Origin: a virus
Lineage: Duplodnaviria; Caudoviricetes
Length of the DNA stretch: 27,293 nucleotides
IMG/VR virus record: IMGVR_UViG_3300031922_000065
Coordinates: 1 to 27,293 of that record
Strand: one strand, 5' to 3'
Part shown: positions 1 to 7,314 of the stretch, in pieces
How the letters are laid out: each line of letters begins with the position of its first letter
How positions within the stretch are numbered: position 1 is the first letter of the stretch
The notes under the pieces: generated by a model
What the model was told of the DNA's origin: nothing
What the model saw: the letters and a program-made list of their open reading frames with translations, nothing else
Databases searched by the model: none
Translations under genes and position numbers: made by a program

Positions 1-11
1 TAGGCGCGAAA

Positions 12-48
12 ACATTATTTGCGACACGTGCGCACATTATTTGCGACA
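12..48. repeat. Two 15-bp direct repeats ACATTATTTGCGACA (12-26, 34-48), putative transposase-binding sites of the phage right end
   Basis: Exact repeats with 22-bp period, located beyond the last phage gene; function inferred from Mu end architecture. Confidence 0.65.
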
Positions 49-69
49 AGACGGGCTGCATGGGGCGCT

Positions 70-1122
70 TTACGCATCGCCTTTGAAGGAAAACGAGCCA
101 AGCAGCTTCTTCCTCAGGCCGTAGGTTTCTGCGTGGCTGGCGTGGGCCACCCATGACGTGATGGACTGCCGGACCTTTTCCAGGCTCACCTTGCCGGCCG
201 CGTACTGTTTCTGCAAGCGGCGCAGCGTCTTGGTGATTCTGGATATGGAGCTTTTGCGCAGCCGCCGGTGGGTTGGCCAAATTCTGTAGCCTAGAAAGTC
301 CACCGCGCGGCCAAAGCGCTCGCCCACTGGGAAAACTTGGGTTTTGGCGTTCGTTTTTAGACGCAAGCGATCCCACAAAAACCGCTCTATGGCGGCGCGA
401 ATCTTGTGCAGGTGCGCCTTGTCGTGATGGACCACCAGGAAGTCATCCATGTAGCGGATGTAGTGCTTTTCTCGAAGGCCGTGCTTTACAAATTCGTCCA
501 GCTCATGCAGATAGACGTTGGCAAAAAGCTGGGAGCTCAGGTTGCCGATGGGCAGCCCAACAGGGGCCGGATCGCCAGCAATGGCGGTCGAGTCGATGAT
601 GCCGTCAATCAGTTCCAAGGTGCGCCGACAGCGTATTCTTCGGCGCACCAACTGCTTCATTATGGCATGGTCAATGCTATAAAAAAACTTGGAGATGTCT
701 GCCTTTAGCACGAAAACTTGGCCGTGCTCACGTCTGACCTTGCGCACCATTGCCTGAGCACAGTCTGCCCCGAGGTGCGTGCCCTTGTCGGCTCGGCAGG
801 CGTAGCTGTCATGAATAAACCGCCGCTCCCAAATGGGCTCGATGACGGCGTTTAGGGCGTGCTGCAGAACCCGATCCCGAAAAGGCAGCGCGGCTACGGT
901 GCGCTCCTTGGGCTCGGTCACAATGAAGCGCCGGTATTCGCCAGTCTTGTAGGTGCCCCAAATTAGCTCGTTTTGCATCTGAATCAGGTTCCCCTCCAAG
1001 TCCAGATCAAAGCGCTGAACTTCGGCCCGGTCTCGCTTGCCGCGCCGGGCGCGCAGGTAAGCGGCGTGCAGGCTCTCGAAGCTGTAGATTTCTTGGTGCA
1101 GGTTGTTGTAGGTCTTTGCCAT
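70..1122 (-). CDS. DGR reverse transcriptase (about 350 aa; likely start MAKTYNNL at 1122)
   Basis: PKER...ALPFRDRV, LKADISKFF, GLPIGNLSSQLFANVYL (DGR-type SQ motif), YIRYMDDF catalytic motif, DFLGY; no maturase/endonuclease extension. Confidence 0.97.
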   Translation of the reverse strand: MAKTYNNLHQEIYSFESLHAAYLRARRGKRDRAEVQRFDLDLEGNLIQMQNELIWGTYKTGEYRRFIVTEPKERTVAALPFRDRVLQHALNAVIEPIWERRFIHDSYACRADKGTHLGADCAQAMVRKVRREHGQVFVLKADISKFFYSIDHAIMKQLVRRRIRCRRTLELIDGIIDSTAIAGDPAPVGLPIGNLSSQLFANVYLHELDEFVKHGLREKHYIRYMDDFLVVHHDKAHLHKIRAAIERFLWDRLRLKTNAKTQVFPVGERFGRAVDFLGYRIWPTHRRLRKSSISRITKTLRRLQKQYAAGKVSLEKVRQSITSWVAHASHAETYGLRKKLLGSFSFKGDA

Positions 1123-1290
1123 CTTTGACCCAGAAGGGCGGCGACGCCGAACGGTTGCCTTTCGGTTACTGGAACGGCGTCGCCTGTTCAATTTTCCGGC
1201 TTTGGTTTCCCTTGGCCGAGGAATGCGCATCCTTTTGAAGGTGTGCTGCCGTCAGGCCGCTTGGGCCTGCCGTTTCTGACTTTCCTCAAG
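1123..1290 (-). ncRNA. DGR RNA spacer between TR and RT, with stem-loops
   Basis: Perfect 10-bp inverted repeat ggcgacgccg (1140-1149)/cggcgtcgcc (1175-1184) and caggcc (1253-1258)/ggcctg (1264-1269); position equals the Sp region of BPP-1 DGR RNA. Confidence 0.6.
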
Positions 1291-1406
1291 AGCGGGGCGA
1301 GACCCGATGTTCCAGTTGGCGTTGGAGCGGGCGTTGTTCAGGTTGAGCGCAAAGACGCCGCTGCCCGCACCGTTGTTCCAGTTGCCGCCACGGATCGGGA
1401 GCCGTT
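1291..1406 (-). repeat. DGR template repeat (TR)
   Basis: 116-bp ungapped match to 1882-1997; rich in AAC triplets in the target reading frame (RLPIRGGNWNNGAGSGVFALNLNNARSNANWNIGSRPA); begins right after the avd stop. Confidence 0.97.
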
Positions 1407-1811
1407 TCAACGCGCACCCCTTGTATCGCCGTCACCGGCAATTGATTTGACCCATCCGCCGACCATGCGGCCGATTTCGTCGTTAAGCCTGGCCCAGTGC
1501 TCGTATTTCTTAAAGTCGAGATGCCCCATGCTCTTTGCCATTCGCACCTGGGAGCGCAAGAGATCGATTTCCGCGTCCAAGTCTTGTAGCGTGGTCTTCT
1601 TGTGGTAGCGTTTGTTGCAGACCACAATCAGCCGCAAAATGGCCCACATGGTGCACCGGATTTCAGCGCCCAGCACATGCCTTTCGAGCTTCGGAAACTG
1701 CCGGACCGCAATGTGTCCGTACTCGATCATCGCCTCACATTTCTGGCGGATGAGCAAGTCGCTGCTGGGCCGGAGCCCGGTGGTGGTGGTTTCATTCATC
1801 TGAGCATACAC
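1407..1811 (-). CDS. avd: DGR accessory variability determinant Avd (start GTG 1811 or ATG 1799)
   Basis: Basic ~130-aa helical protein with QFPKLERHVLGAEIR, LDAEIDLLR, EIGRMVGGW motifs; lies between target gene and TR. Confidence 0.93.
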   Translation of the reverse strand: MYAQMNETTTTGLRPSSDLLIRQKCEAMIEYGHIAVRQFPKLERHVLGAEIRCTMWAILRLIVVCNKRYHKKTTLQDLDAEIDLLRSQVRMAKSMGHLDFKKYEHWARLNDEIGRMVGGWVKSIAGDGDTRGAR

Positions 1812-1825
1812 GTATTGCGGTCACA

Positions 1826-1847
1826 GGGGCGGGCTATCGCCCACCCC
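1826..1847 (-). promoter_or_regulatory. DGR target-recognition hairpin/cruciform downstream of VR
   Basis: Minus strand GGGGTGGGC-GATA-GCCCGCCCC: 9-bp GC-rich stem (one G.T) with a GRNA-type tetraloop, about 22 nt past the target stop. Confidence 0.8.
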
Positions 1848-1869
1848 AACAGATTGCACACTGCAGATT

Positions 1870-2967
1870 TCAGGGCACAAAAGCGGGGCGAGACCCGAGG
1901 TGCCAGTTGGCGTGGGAGCGGGCGATGCCCAGGAGGAGCGCAAAGACGCCGCCGCCCGCACCGTTGTCCCAGGTGCCGCCACGGACCGGGAGCCGTTCGC
2001 CGGCTGGGTCGACCCAGAACCCGTCTGCACCCAGGCCGCTGCCAGCGATTGGGAATAGCGCGTGGCTGCGAAGCACCGCCAGGGCGGCGGCAGCAACTGG
2101 TGTTGCGCCAGGGTTGGTCATGCCCTCAAAACTAGCGCCACTGGCTCGCACCAGCGTGTGATTGGCGGTTCCGCTGGCTGCATAGCGCACCGAGTTGGGC
2201 GTGGTGGGGGTGTAGTCGGCGCCCGCAATTGATCCGGTGAAGGTGGGCTGAATCAATGCGCCGGTGTTGCCGTCGATGGCGCGCCAATGGCCGGATGTTG
2301 GGCCAAGGTCGGCCACGGAGAACAGGGCGCTGTTGTTGTTTTCGATGAGCTGGATTTCGCCGCCAACTACGCGCATTCCGGGCGTCCACTCCCAAACATT
2401 GCCGCTCAGGTCGGAGATGCCGCTGTGCGCATTGTTGTGCCGCCAAGCGGCCGGGCCGGAGCCGGTCAGGGTGCGCCCCGCGCCCGAGGCAAGGCCTGGC
2501 GCAAGCCCGTCCACCCTGCGCCCGGTTTCCCAGCCGGAATCGGATGACGCGCCCCACGCGGTGTTGCCGCGCGGGAGGTGGCCGTTGCGCCAGCACCAAA
2601 GCGCCAGCGCGGCCCATTCGACGTTTGATGTCAGGTGCCAGCCAGGGCCGCTGGCGCGCCCCAGCGCCGCAAACGCATCGTGATTGAGCGAGTGCGCCGG
2701 ATCGACTCCGGGCAGGCTGAGCAACTCGCCGTTCCTGATCGAGCCTTGATAGGTGCCAATGAAGACCTCTGGCCTGGCAATGCCGTTGACGACAAATGCA
2801 GGATGGATGCCCGTGCCCAGGCTTGGGTCGATGCTTTGCAGGGTGAACTGGGGCACCACGCTCATATAGCTGGGCTGGCCTTTGGCGGTGTAGAGCACGG
2901 TGACTGCGCCGCCGGTGGCCGCCTCTACCGATGCGCGCAGGTCGTCTCTGACAAAAATCGTGGTCAT
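1870..2967 (-). CDS. DGR target protein, Mtd-like receptor-binding protein with C-type lectin (FGE-like) fold, 365 aa
   Basis: Start MTTIFVRDD with AAGGAG RBS; GISDLSGNVWEW and RGGxW...GSRPAF motifs; VR at the 3' end; follows tail-fibre genes. Confidence 0.92.
   Translation of the reverse strand: MTTIFVRDDLRASVEAATGGAVTVLYTAKGQPSYMSVVPQFTLQSIDPSLGTGIHPAFVVNGIARPEVFIGTYQGSIRNGELLSLPGVDPAHSLNHDAFAALGRASGPGWHLTSNVEWAALALWCWRNGHLPRGNTAWGASSDSGWETGRRVDGLAPGLASGAGRTLTGSGPAAWRHNNAHSGISDLSGNVWEWTPGMRVVGGEIQLIENNNSALFSVADLGPTSGHWRAIDGNTGALIQPTFTGSIAGADYTPTTPNSVRYAASGTANHTLVRASGASFEGMTNPGATPVAAAALAVLRSHALFPIAGSGLGADGFWVDPAGERLPVRGGTWDNGAGGGVFALLLGIARSHANWHLGSRPAFVP
1882..1997 (-). repeat. DGR variable repeat (VR)
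   Basis: 12 mismatches to TR, all at TR adenines; encodes the C-terminal RLPVRGGTWDNGAGGGVFALLLGIARSHANWHLGSRPA. Confidence 0.97.
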
Positions 2968-2986
2968 GTGTTTGCTCCTTGGGTGG

Positions 2987-3337
2987 TTAAATGCTCGGCC
3001 ACAGCGTGACCAAAATCCTGCGCGGGTCGAGCGGCAGGGCTCGAATGGATGGACTGCTCTCCATGCCGGTTGCGCCTGGCGCTTGATTGCCTGGCGCTTG
3101 ATTGCCTGGTGCGTCCTGGACTGCCTCGTGCTCCTGCGCAGGGATTTGGATTTGAGCCAAATAGGCTCCGGTGTCGCCCTCGACTGCCTGGCCGTCTTTG
3201 AGCCGGATTTCCACCGTGATTGCGTGGCTGCGCTGGCGCTCGGCGCAGTCGATGACCACACCCGCTACGGCGATGGTGGTGCCAGATACCGAGAAATCGG
3301 CCACGGGCTGGCCGGGTTGCATGAGAATGATGCGCAT
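2987..3337 (-). CDS. Hypothetical 116-aa protein, possible tail-fibre adaptor/assembly protein
   Basis: GGAG RBS upstream, fills the gap between fibre gene and DGR target in the same operon. Confidence 0.7.
   Translation of the reverse strand: MRIILMQPGQPVADFSVSGTTIAVAGVVIDCAERQRSHAITVEIRLKDGQAVEGDTGAYLAQIQIPAQEHEAVQDAPGNQAPGNQAPGATGMESSPSIRALPLDPRRILVTLWPSI
3074..3109. repeat. 15-bp tandem repeat GCCTGGCGCTTGATT (about 2.4 copies), in-frame PGNQA repeat
   Basis: Read directly from sequence. Confidence 0.85.
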
Positions 3338-3349
3338 GATGGGATCTCC

Positions 3350-4279
3350 TTACTGGTTGAGTTTGACGACGGAATAGCGCACGCTGACATCGTCGGCCGC
3401 TGAGGCCAGCCGCACGGTGAAGCCGTTGGCGGCGCGTGACGATACGATCAGGCTGGCTGCATCGCACGGCGCTCCGGCGGAGGCGATGACATCGAGTTGG
3501 ATTTGGTAATCCTGGCCGGAGAGCTGCTTGATTGGCAGCGTGATTTGGGCTGCGCTATCCAGGATCTGCGGGAATGCAGCTTCTATGCGGCGCAGGCTGG
3601 TGAGCGGCACGTGGGTTAGGTGGGGGTCGGTCGCATCGGTTGAGCCCGCCGGAATGGCGAGGCTGTAAATGGGGATCGCGCCCTGCGGCACCGCCGAACC
3701 TATCGGCGTGACGGCCATGCGCCACAGCCCCCCCGAGTCTTGATGAAGGAAGGCTGTGACCACCACGCTGCCCGCTCCGGTGTTGCTGGGCACGGATGCG
3801 GCGTTGTTGCCATCGGCGACCGCAAAAATCCGGCCTTGCGCAAAGCAGCGCCCACCCGAGATGTGCAGGTTTCTGGCCGCCGTGACGGACTTTGTGACCA
3901 CGCAGCCCTCGACTACGCCACGGTTGCTGAGGGTGAATTCGCCCTGCTGCTGCGCCTGCTCGCGCAGTGCGCGCACGCCGTAGTTGGCCAGGGCCGCCTG
4001 GTTGAGGGCGAATTTGAGCGCGGCGTGGCTGGCGTTTTGCATCTCGGGCCCCAGCGCCTGCGCCGATGCCTCTACAGAGCTTAGGCGCGCCACCAGGCCG
4101 CCGTGCCCGAGCCCTGCGGCATCAACCTGATCGGCGCGCAGCTTCAGCCATGCGGTGCGGTTGGCCAGTTGCACCGCCTGGGTGTTGGCGATGCCATTGG
4201 GGCCGCCCAGCACCGGGTCGGTGGTTTTGATTTGATAGACGCCCGGTTCCCAGACGGGGGCTTCTGTGACGTTTGCCAT
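3350..4279 (-). CDS. Tail fibre-like protein (309 aa)
   Basis: N-terminal WEPGVYQIKTTDPVLGG...QLANRTAWLK resembles the baseplate-attachment segment of myovirus fibres; AAGGAG RBS; position after baseplate genes. Confidence 0.75.
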   Translation of the reverse strand: MANVTEAPVWEPGVYQIKTTDPVLGGPNGIANTQAVQLANRTAWLKLRADQVDAAGLGHGGLVARLSSVEASAQALGPEMQNASHAALKFALNQAALANYGVRALREQAQQQGEFTLSNRGVVEGCVVTKSVTAARNLHISGGRCFAQGRIFAVADGNNAASVPSNTGAGSVVVTAFLHQDSGGLWRMAVTPIGSAVPQGAIPIYSLAIPAGSTDATDPHLTHVPLTSLRRIEAAFPQILDSAAQITLPIKQLSGQDYQIQLDVIASAGAPCDAASLIVSSRAANGFTVRLASAADDVSVRYSVVKLNQ

Positions 4280-4288
4280 TTTGACTCC

Positions 4289-4726
4289 TTAAAAAATGAT
4301 GGTCCAGGCTCCAGACAGGGACAAGTCCGAGTCCTTTTGGATGGGGGCGCGCACTCTGCGCGAAAACAGGGTGCCATCGGCGCAAATCAGGCCGAACTCG
4401 GTGATGGTCAGGCCGTTGGCCTCGGCGGTGGACAGGCCCCAGTGGAAGCGGACCTGACCGATGGCCGGGTAGTCCACTGAGGTGACTGGCCGGATGTGGG
4501 CCGCGCTGAGGGCGCTGCTGGTGGGCGTGGCGGCTGCGGTGCCGCTGCCAAAGCCGATCTGGGTGATGTGCCGGTTGGTGCCGCTGCCGCCCACGAGCCG
4601 GGCCAGTTGCTGCCTGGCGCCGTTGACGATGAGGTTCTTTTCCTCAAAGACCTCGACCAGCACGCCGTGGCGGCGCAGCTCTAGCAAAAAATCGCCACGC
4701 ATGGCTTGCACGTCTTTGAATTTCAT
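4289..4726 (-). CDS. Tail collar/fibre-attachment-like protein (145 aa)
   Basis: NLIVNGAR...EANGLTITEFGL...GTLFSRRV pattern; position between gpI-like and fibre genes. Confidence 0.65.
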   Translation of the reverse strand: MKFKDVQAMRGDFLLELRRHGVLVEVFEEKNLIVNGARQQLARLVGGSGTNRHITQIGFGSGTAAATPTSSALSAAHIRPVTSVDYPAIGQVRFHWGLSTAEANGLTITEFGLICADGTLFSRRVRAPIQKDSDLSLSGAWTIIF

Positions 4727-5751
4727 CAGGCCTCCAGGTGGGTGATCACATCGCCCGCATAGGGGATGTTGCCGAAATAGGTGAAGCCGCCCGCGTAGGC
4801 GCGTGCGCCGTCGTGGCGGTGGGCGGCAAAGGCGTGCCGACCGTCGTAGCGCCGGTGGCGTGTGAGGGTGATGGGAATGGGCGGGTCTTGCGCCACAGGG
4901 GCGGTTGCGCCGAAGTCCAGCCAGCCGCCGTAGTCGCCAAAGCCGTCAAAAAGGCTGCCGCGCGACTGCACGTCGGTGAGTTGCAGCAGCCCGGCCATGT
5001 CGTCGGCTTCGCGTTCGGAGTCAAACCGGGTGCCTGCGGCGGTGAAGCCGGAGTAGTCTGCCTCGCCCCCAAATGCAAATGCGCCCTCGTGGGTGCGCAG
5101 CAGGCCCTGGTTGTAAGCCAGGCTGCCGTCGTAGCGATGCCGACCCCACCGGTGCTCATCTTCGCCCACCAGCACGGCCGCCGCCGTGGCCACCTCGCTG
5201 CTGGGGGCCATGTCGGCGGCGCTGGCGCGGTACTGGATGTCCACCAGGTGGCTGCGCACCGGCTTCCACTCGTTGATGGCATCGATGAGGCGCGCGGTGC
5301 CTTGTGCGTCGATCGGCCGCCCGTCGCTGAGGTTGGCCGCTACCCGGAACTGGGCCCAGGTGTGGGCGCTGTAGCGGTCCGCCCCGGTGTGGCTGATGCT
5401 GCCGTCGTAGCGCGTGACAGGCAGGCGTTCTTCGATCTCTATGCTATCCACAGCGCCCGCCAGCCGGAGCGCTTCACGCACGGCCCAGGGCGTGCCTTTT
5501 TTGCGGTGCAGGGCGATGGAGCGCTGGATCAGGCTGCGGCGCTGGGCGTCGCTGAGTGCCAGATCCCAGCCTTCGAGGGCGCTGAGGTTGAACTGCTGCG
5601 CCAACTCGGGCAGGTTGTGCGCCGGGGTGGTGTCGATGAGGTAGGTGAGCAGGCCGTCGAGCGGCAGCGCGCTGATGCGCTCGCTGGCGCTGGCCAGGGC
5701 GGCAAAGCGCGCGTCGGTGGCGAGCAAGTCGGGCGTGAGGGCACTAGCCAT
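4726..5751 (-). CDS. Phage tail/baseplate protein, P2 gpI family, with C-terminal YDG-motif repeats
   Basis: LPELAQQF...SIALHRKKGTPWAVREAL and INEWKPVRSHL motifs; follows baseplate J. Confidence 0.85.
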   Translation of the reverse strand: MASALTPDLLATDARFAALASASERISALPLDGLLTYLIDTTPAHNLPELAQQFNLSALEGWDLALSDAQRRSLIQRSIALHRKKGTPWAVREALRLAGAVDSIEIEERLPVTRYDGSISHTGADRYSAHTWAQFRVAANLSDGRPIDAQGTARLIDAINEWKPVRSHLVDIQYRASAADMAPSSEVATAAAVLVGEDEHRWGRHRYDGSLAYNQGLLRTHEGAFAFGGEADYSGFTAAGTRFDSEREADDMAGLLQLTDVQSRGSLFDGFGDYGGWLDFGATAPVAQDPPIPITLTRHRRYDGRHAFAAHRHDGARAYAGGFTYFGNIPYAGDVITHLEA

Positions 5752-6556
5752 CGCTGACCCCGGCGAGCGTGAGCGTGATCGCGCTGCAATGCGCCCAGCC
5801 CTGCGGCGGCACGGCCAGCACGGCGGCGGGCTGGTCGAGCTCGACCCGGTACACGCCCGGCACCGAGAGGGCTGCCACGATTTGCGAGGGCACGATGTCG
5901 CGCCCCAAAAGGGCTTGCTTTTGCGCCGCGTAGGCGGCGGCGGCGGCGCGGGCCGAGTCCATCACAGCGGCGCTGGGCTGATCGCGGTACAGCGTCAGGC
6001 GCGCGGCGATGGCGTAGGGCAGCGCCAGCGGCGCCTGCACCTGCACCAGATCGGTCAGGGGCCGCACGTCGTCGGCCGAGCAGGCGGCCTGCACGAGCGC
6101 CAGGATTTCGGGGCTGGGCAGGCCGGTGGCGGTGAGCGGGTGCAGCCGCACCAGCCCCGGCTCGGGCGAGAGCACGGCCACATCGACGATGCTGGCGTGC
6201 GCGCTCATGGCGTGGTGCCGGTAGGCGCCCACGGGGCCTGCCACGGAGTAGGCCTCGGGGCTGGACTGGATGCGCTGGCGCAGCCGCTCGTCGCCCTCGC
6301 CCGCCAGGCGGGTGACGCCCATCAGCTCGCCCAGATAGTCGAGCATGGGGGCGCGCGCGAATCGCACCAGATTCTGGCGCGCAGCGTCGTTGATGGCGGC
6401 GCGCAGCAGGGTTTCGCGGTATGCGATGAGGTCGATCAGCAGGTGTTCGATCTGCGCCGGGTGCAGAGTTTTGCCCGTGGCGGCCTGGTACTGCGCAATC
6501 AGCTCGGCCGTGATGGCGGCCGGGCTGTTGGGGATGATGTCGTGCAGGGCGCTCAT
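5744..6556 (-). CDS. Baseplate J/gp47 family protein
   Basis: AYRETLLR, YSVAGPVGAY, VRPLTDLV motifs; synteny W-J-I. Confidence 0.9.
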   Translation of the reverse strand: MSALHDIIPNSPAAITAELIAQYQAATGKTLHPAQIEHLLIDLIAYRETLLRAAINDAARQNLVRFARAPMLDYLGELMGVTRLAGEGDERLRQRIQSSPEAYSVAGPVGAYRHHAMSAHASIVDVAVLSPEPGLVRLHPLTATGLPSPEILALVQAACSADDVRPLTDLVQVQAPLALPYAIAARLTLYRDQPSAAVMDSARAAAAAYAAQKQALLGRDIVPSQIVAALSVPGVYRVELDQPAAVLAVPPQGWAHCSAITLTLAGVSDG

Positions 6557-6561
6557 GGGGC

Positions 6562-6945
6562 CTAGGTGGGCTGGATCACGGCTGTGATCTCTACGCCGTC
6601 GGCGGCGATCAGGCCGACCGTGAGCAAGATGTGGGCCGGGTTGTCGCCGGCGCGATCGACTTGCACGCGGGTGATCTGCGCACGCGGCTCCCAGCGCCGG
6701 ATGGCGGCGACGGTCTCGCGCACGATGTGCGGGCGGGCGCGCTCCAGCGGCCAGTCGAGGTAGTGGCTCAGGCGCGAGCCGAAGTTTGGGCGCAGCGGGT
6801 CGGAGCCGAGCCGCGTTTGCAGGATGACGCGCACCGCCTGGCGCAGATCATCGTAGCTGCGCACAAAGCCATCGGCGTCGCCCGTGGTGCCCAAAGCGGG
6901 CTGCCAGTGCAGGTGCAACGGAAGGGGGGTAGTGGGCGCGCTCAT
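6562..6945 (-). CDS. Baseplate wedge GPW/gp25 family protein
   Basis: ILQTRLGSDPLRPNFGS and AIRRWEPR motifs. Confidence 0.9.
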   Translation of the reverse strand: MSAPTTPLPLHLHWQPALGTTGDADGFVRSYDDLRQAVRVILQTRLGSDPLRPNFGSRLSHYLDWPLERARPHIVRETVAAIRRWEPRAQITRVQVDRAGDNPAHILLTVGLIAADGVEITAVIQPT

Positions 6946-6953
6946 TGCCGGTG

Positions 6954-6997
6954 AGTGTGCGCGTGCGCCCCTTGGCCGTGCAGCTTGAAGCGCTTCA
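6954..6997 (-). promoter_or_regulatory. Putative activator-dependent late promoter (baseplate/fibre operon)
   Basis: Palindrome TGAAGCGCTTCA 6986-6997, -10-like CACACT 6959-6954, ATG at 6945. Confidence 0.75.
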
Positions 6998-7019
6998 GGC
7001 CAGCCGGCCCTGGCCAGCT

Positions 7020-7310
7020 TTAACCGGCAAAGACGTTGGCGCTGCCGCTGGCGGCGCTGGAGCCGCAGCTTACCGCGTCACCCACGCGCCCGGCGGCGCG
7101 GCCGTTGATGAACACGCTGGCGCTACCAGCGCCCAGGCTGCCGCCGTGGCACTCGGGGATCGCCGGGCAGCAGTGTACGGCCCAGCCGTCGCCCAGGCGG
7201 TGCCAGCCGCGGCCGTTGACGAACACACTGGCGCTGGCAGCGGTGTTGGGGCGCGACGGCCAACAGCCGTGCCCGGTGCAGGTGTCGCCGAGGCGGCTTG
7301 CGGCTGGCAT
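7020..7310 (-). CDS. PAAR domain spike-tip protein
   Basis: MPAASRLGD...H, VFVNG, GRAAGRVGD...CGS...GSANVFAG; directly after the gpV spike gene. Confidence 0.92.
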   Translation of the reverse strand: MPAASRLGDTCTGHGCWPSRPNTAASASVFVNGRGWHRLGDGWAVHCCPAIPECHGGSLGAGSASVFINGRAAGRVGDAVSCGSSAASGSANVFAG

Positions 7311-7314
7311 GGCG

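Larger units (their letters stand above)
70..2967 (-). mobile_element. Diversity-generating retroelement cassette (target-VR, hairpin, avd, TR, spacer, RT)
   Basis: All canonical components present in BPP-1-like order; adenine-only TR/VR mismatches. Confidence 0.97.

Noticed and set aside
12-48. CRISPR-like mini array
   Set aside because: Only two 15-bp repeats with a 7-bp gap; no cas genes.
70-1230. RT as group II intron, retron or Abi-type RT
   Set aside because: SQ motif, adjacent avd and TR/VR pair identify it as DGR; no maturase or endonuclease domain.
1286-1627. ORFs overlapping TR and avd (1286-1627 minus, 1243-1608 plus)
   Set aside because: Shadow frames over a non-coding template repeat and the real avd gene.
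2968-3261. 98-aa N-terminal extension of the target ORF
   Set aside because: Overlaps the 2987-3337 gene; a strong RBS supports the start at 2967.
5744-6556. Short baseplate J as pseudogene
   Set aside because: ORF is intact with N- and C-terminal motifs; shorter P2-type J proteins are normal.
6998-7015. ggccag/ctggcc hairpin after the PAAR gene as terminator
   Set aside because: Short stem with no U-tract; likely chance in high-GC DNA.
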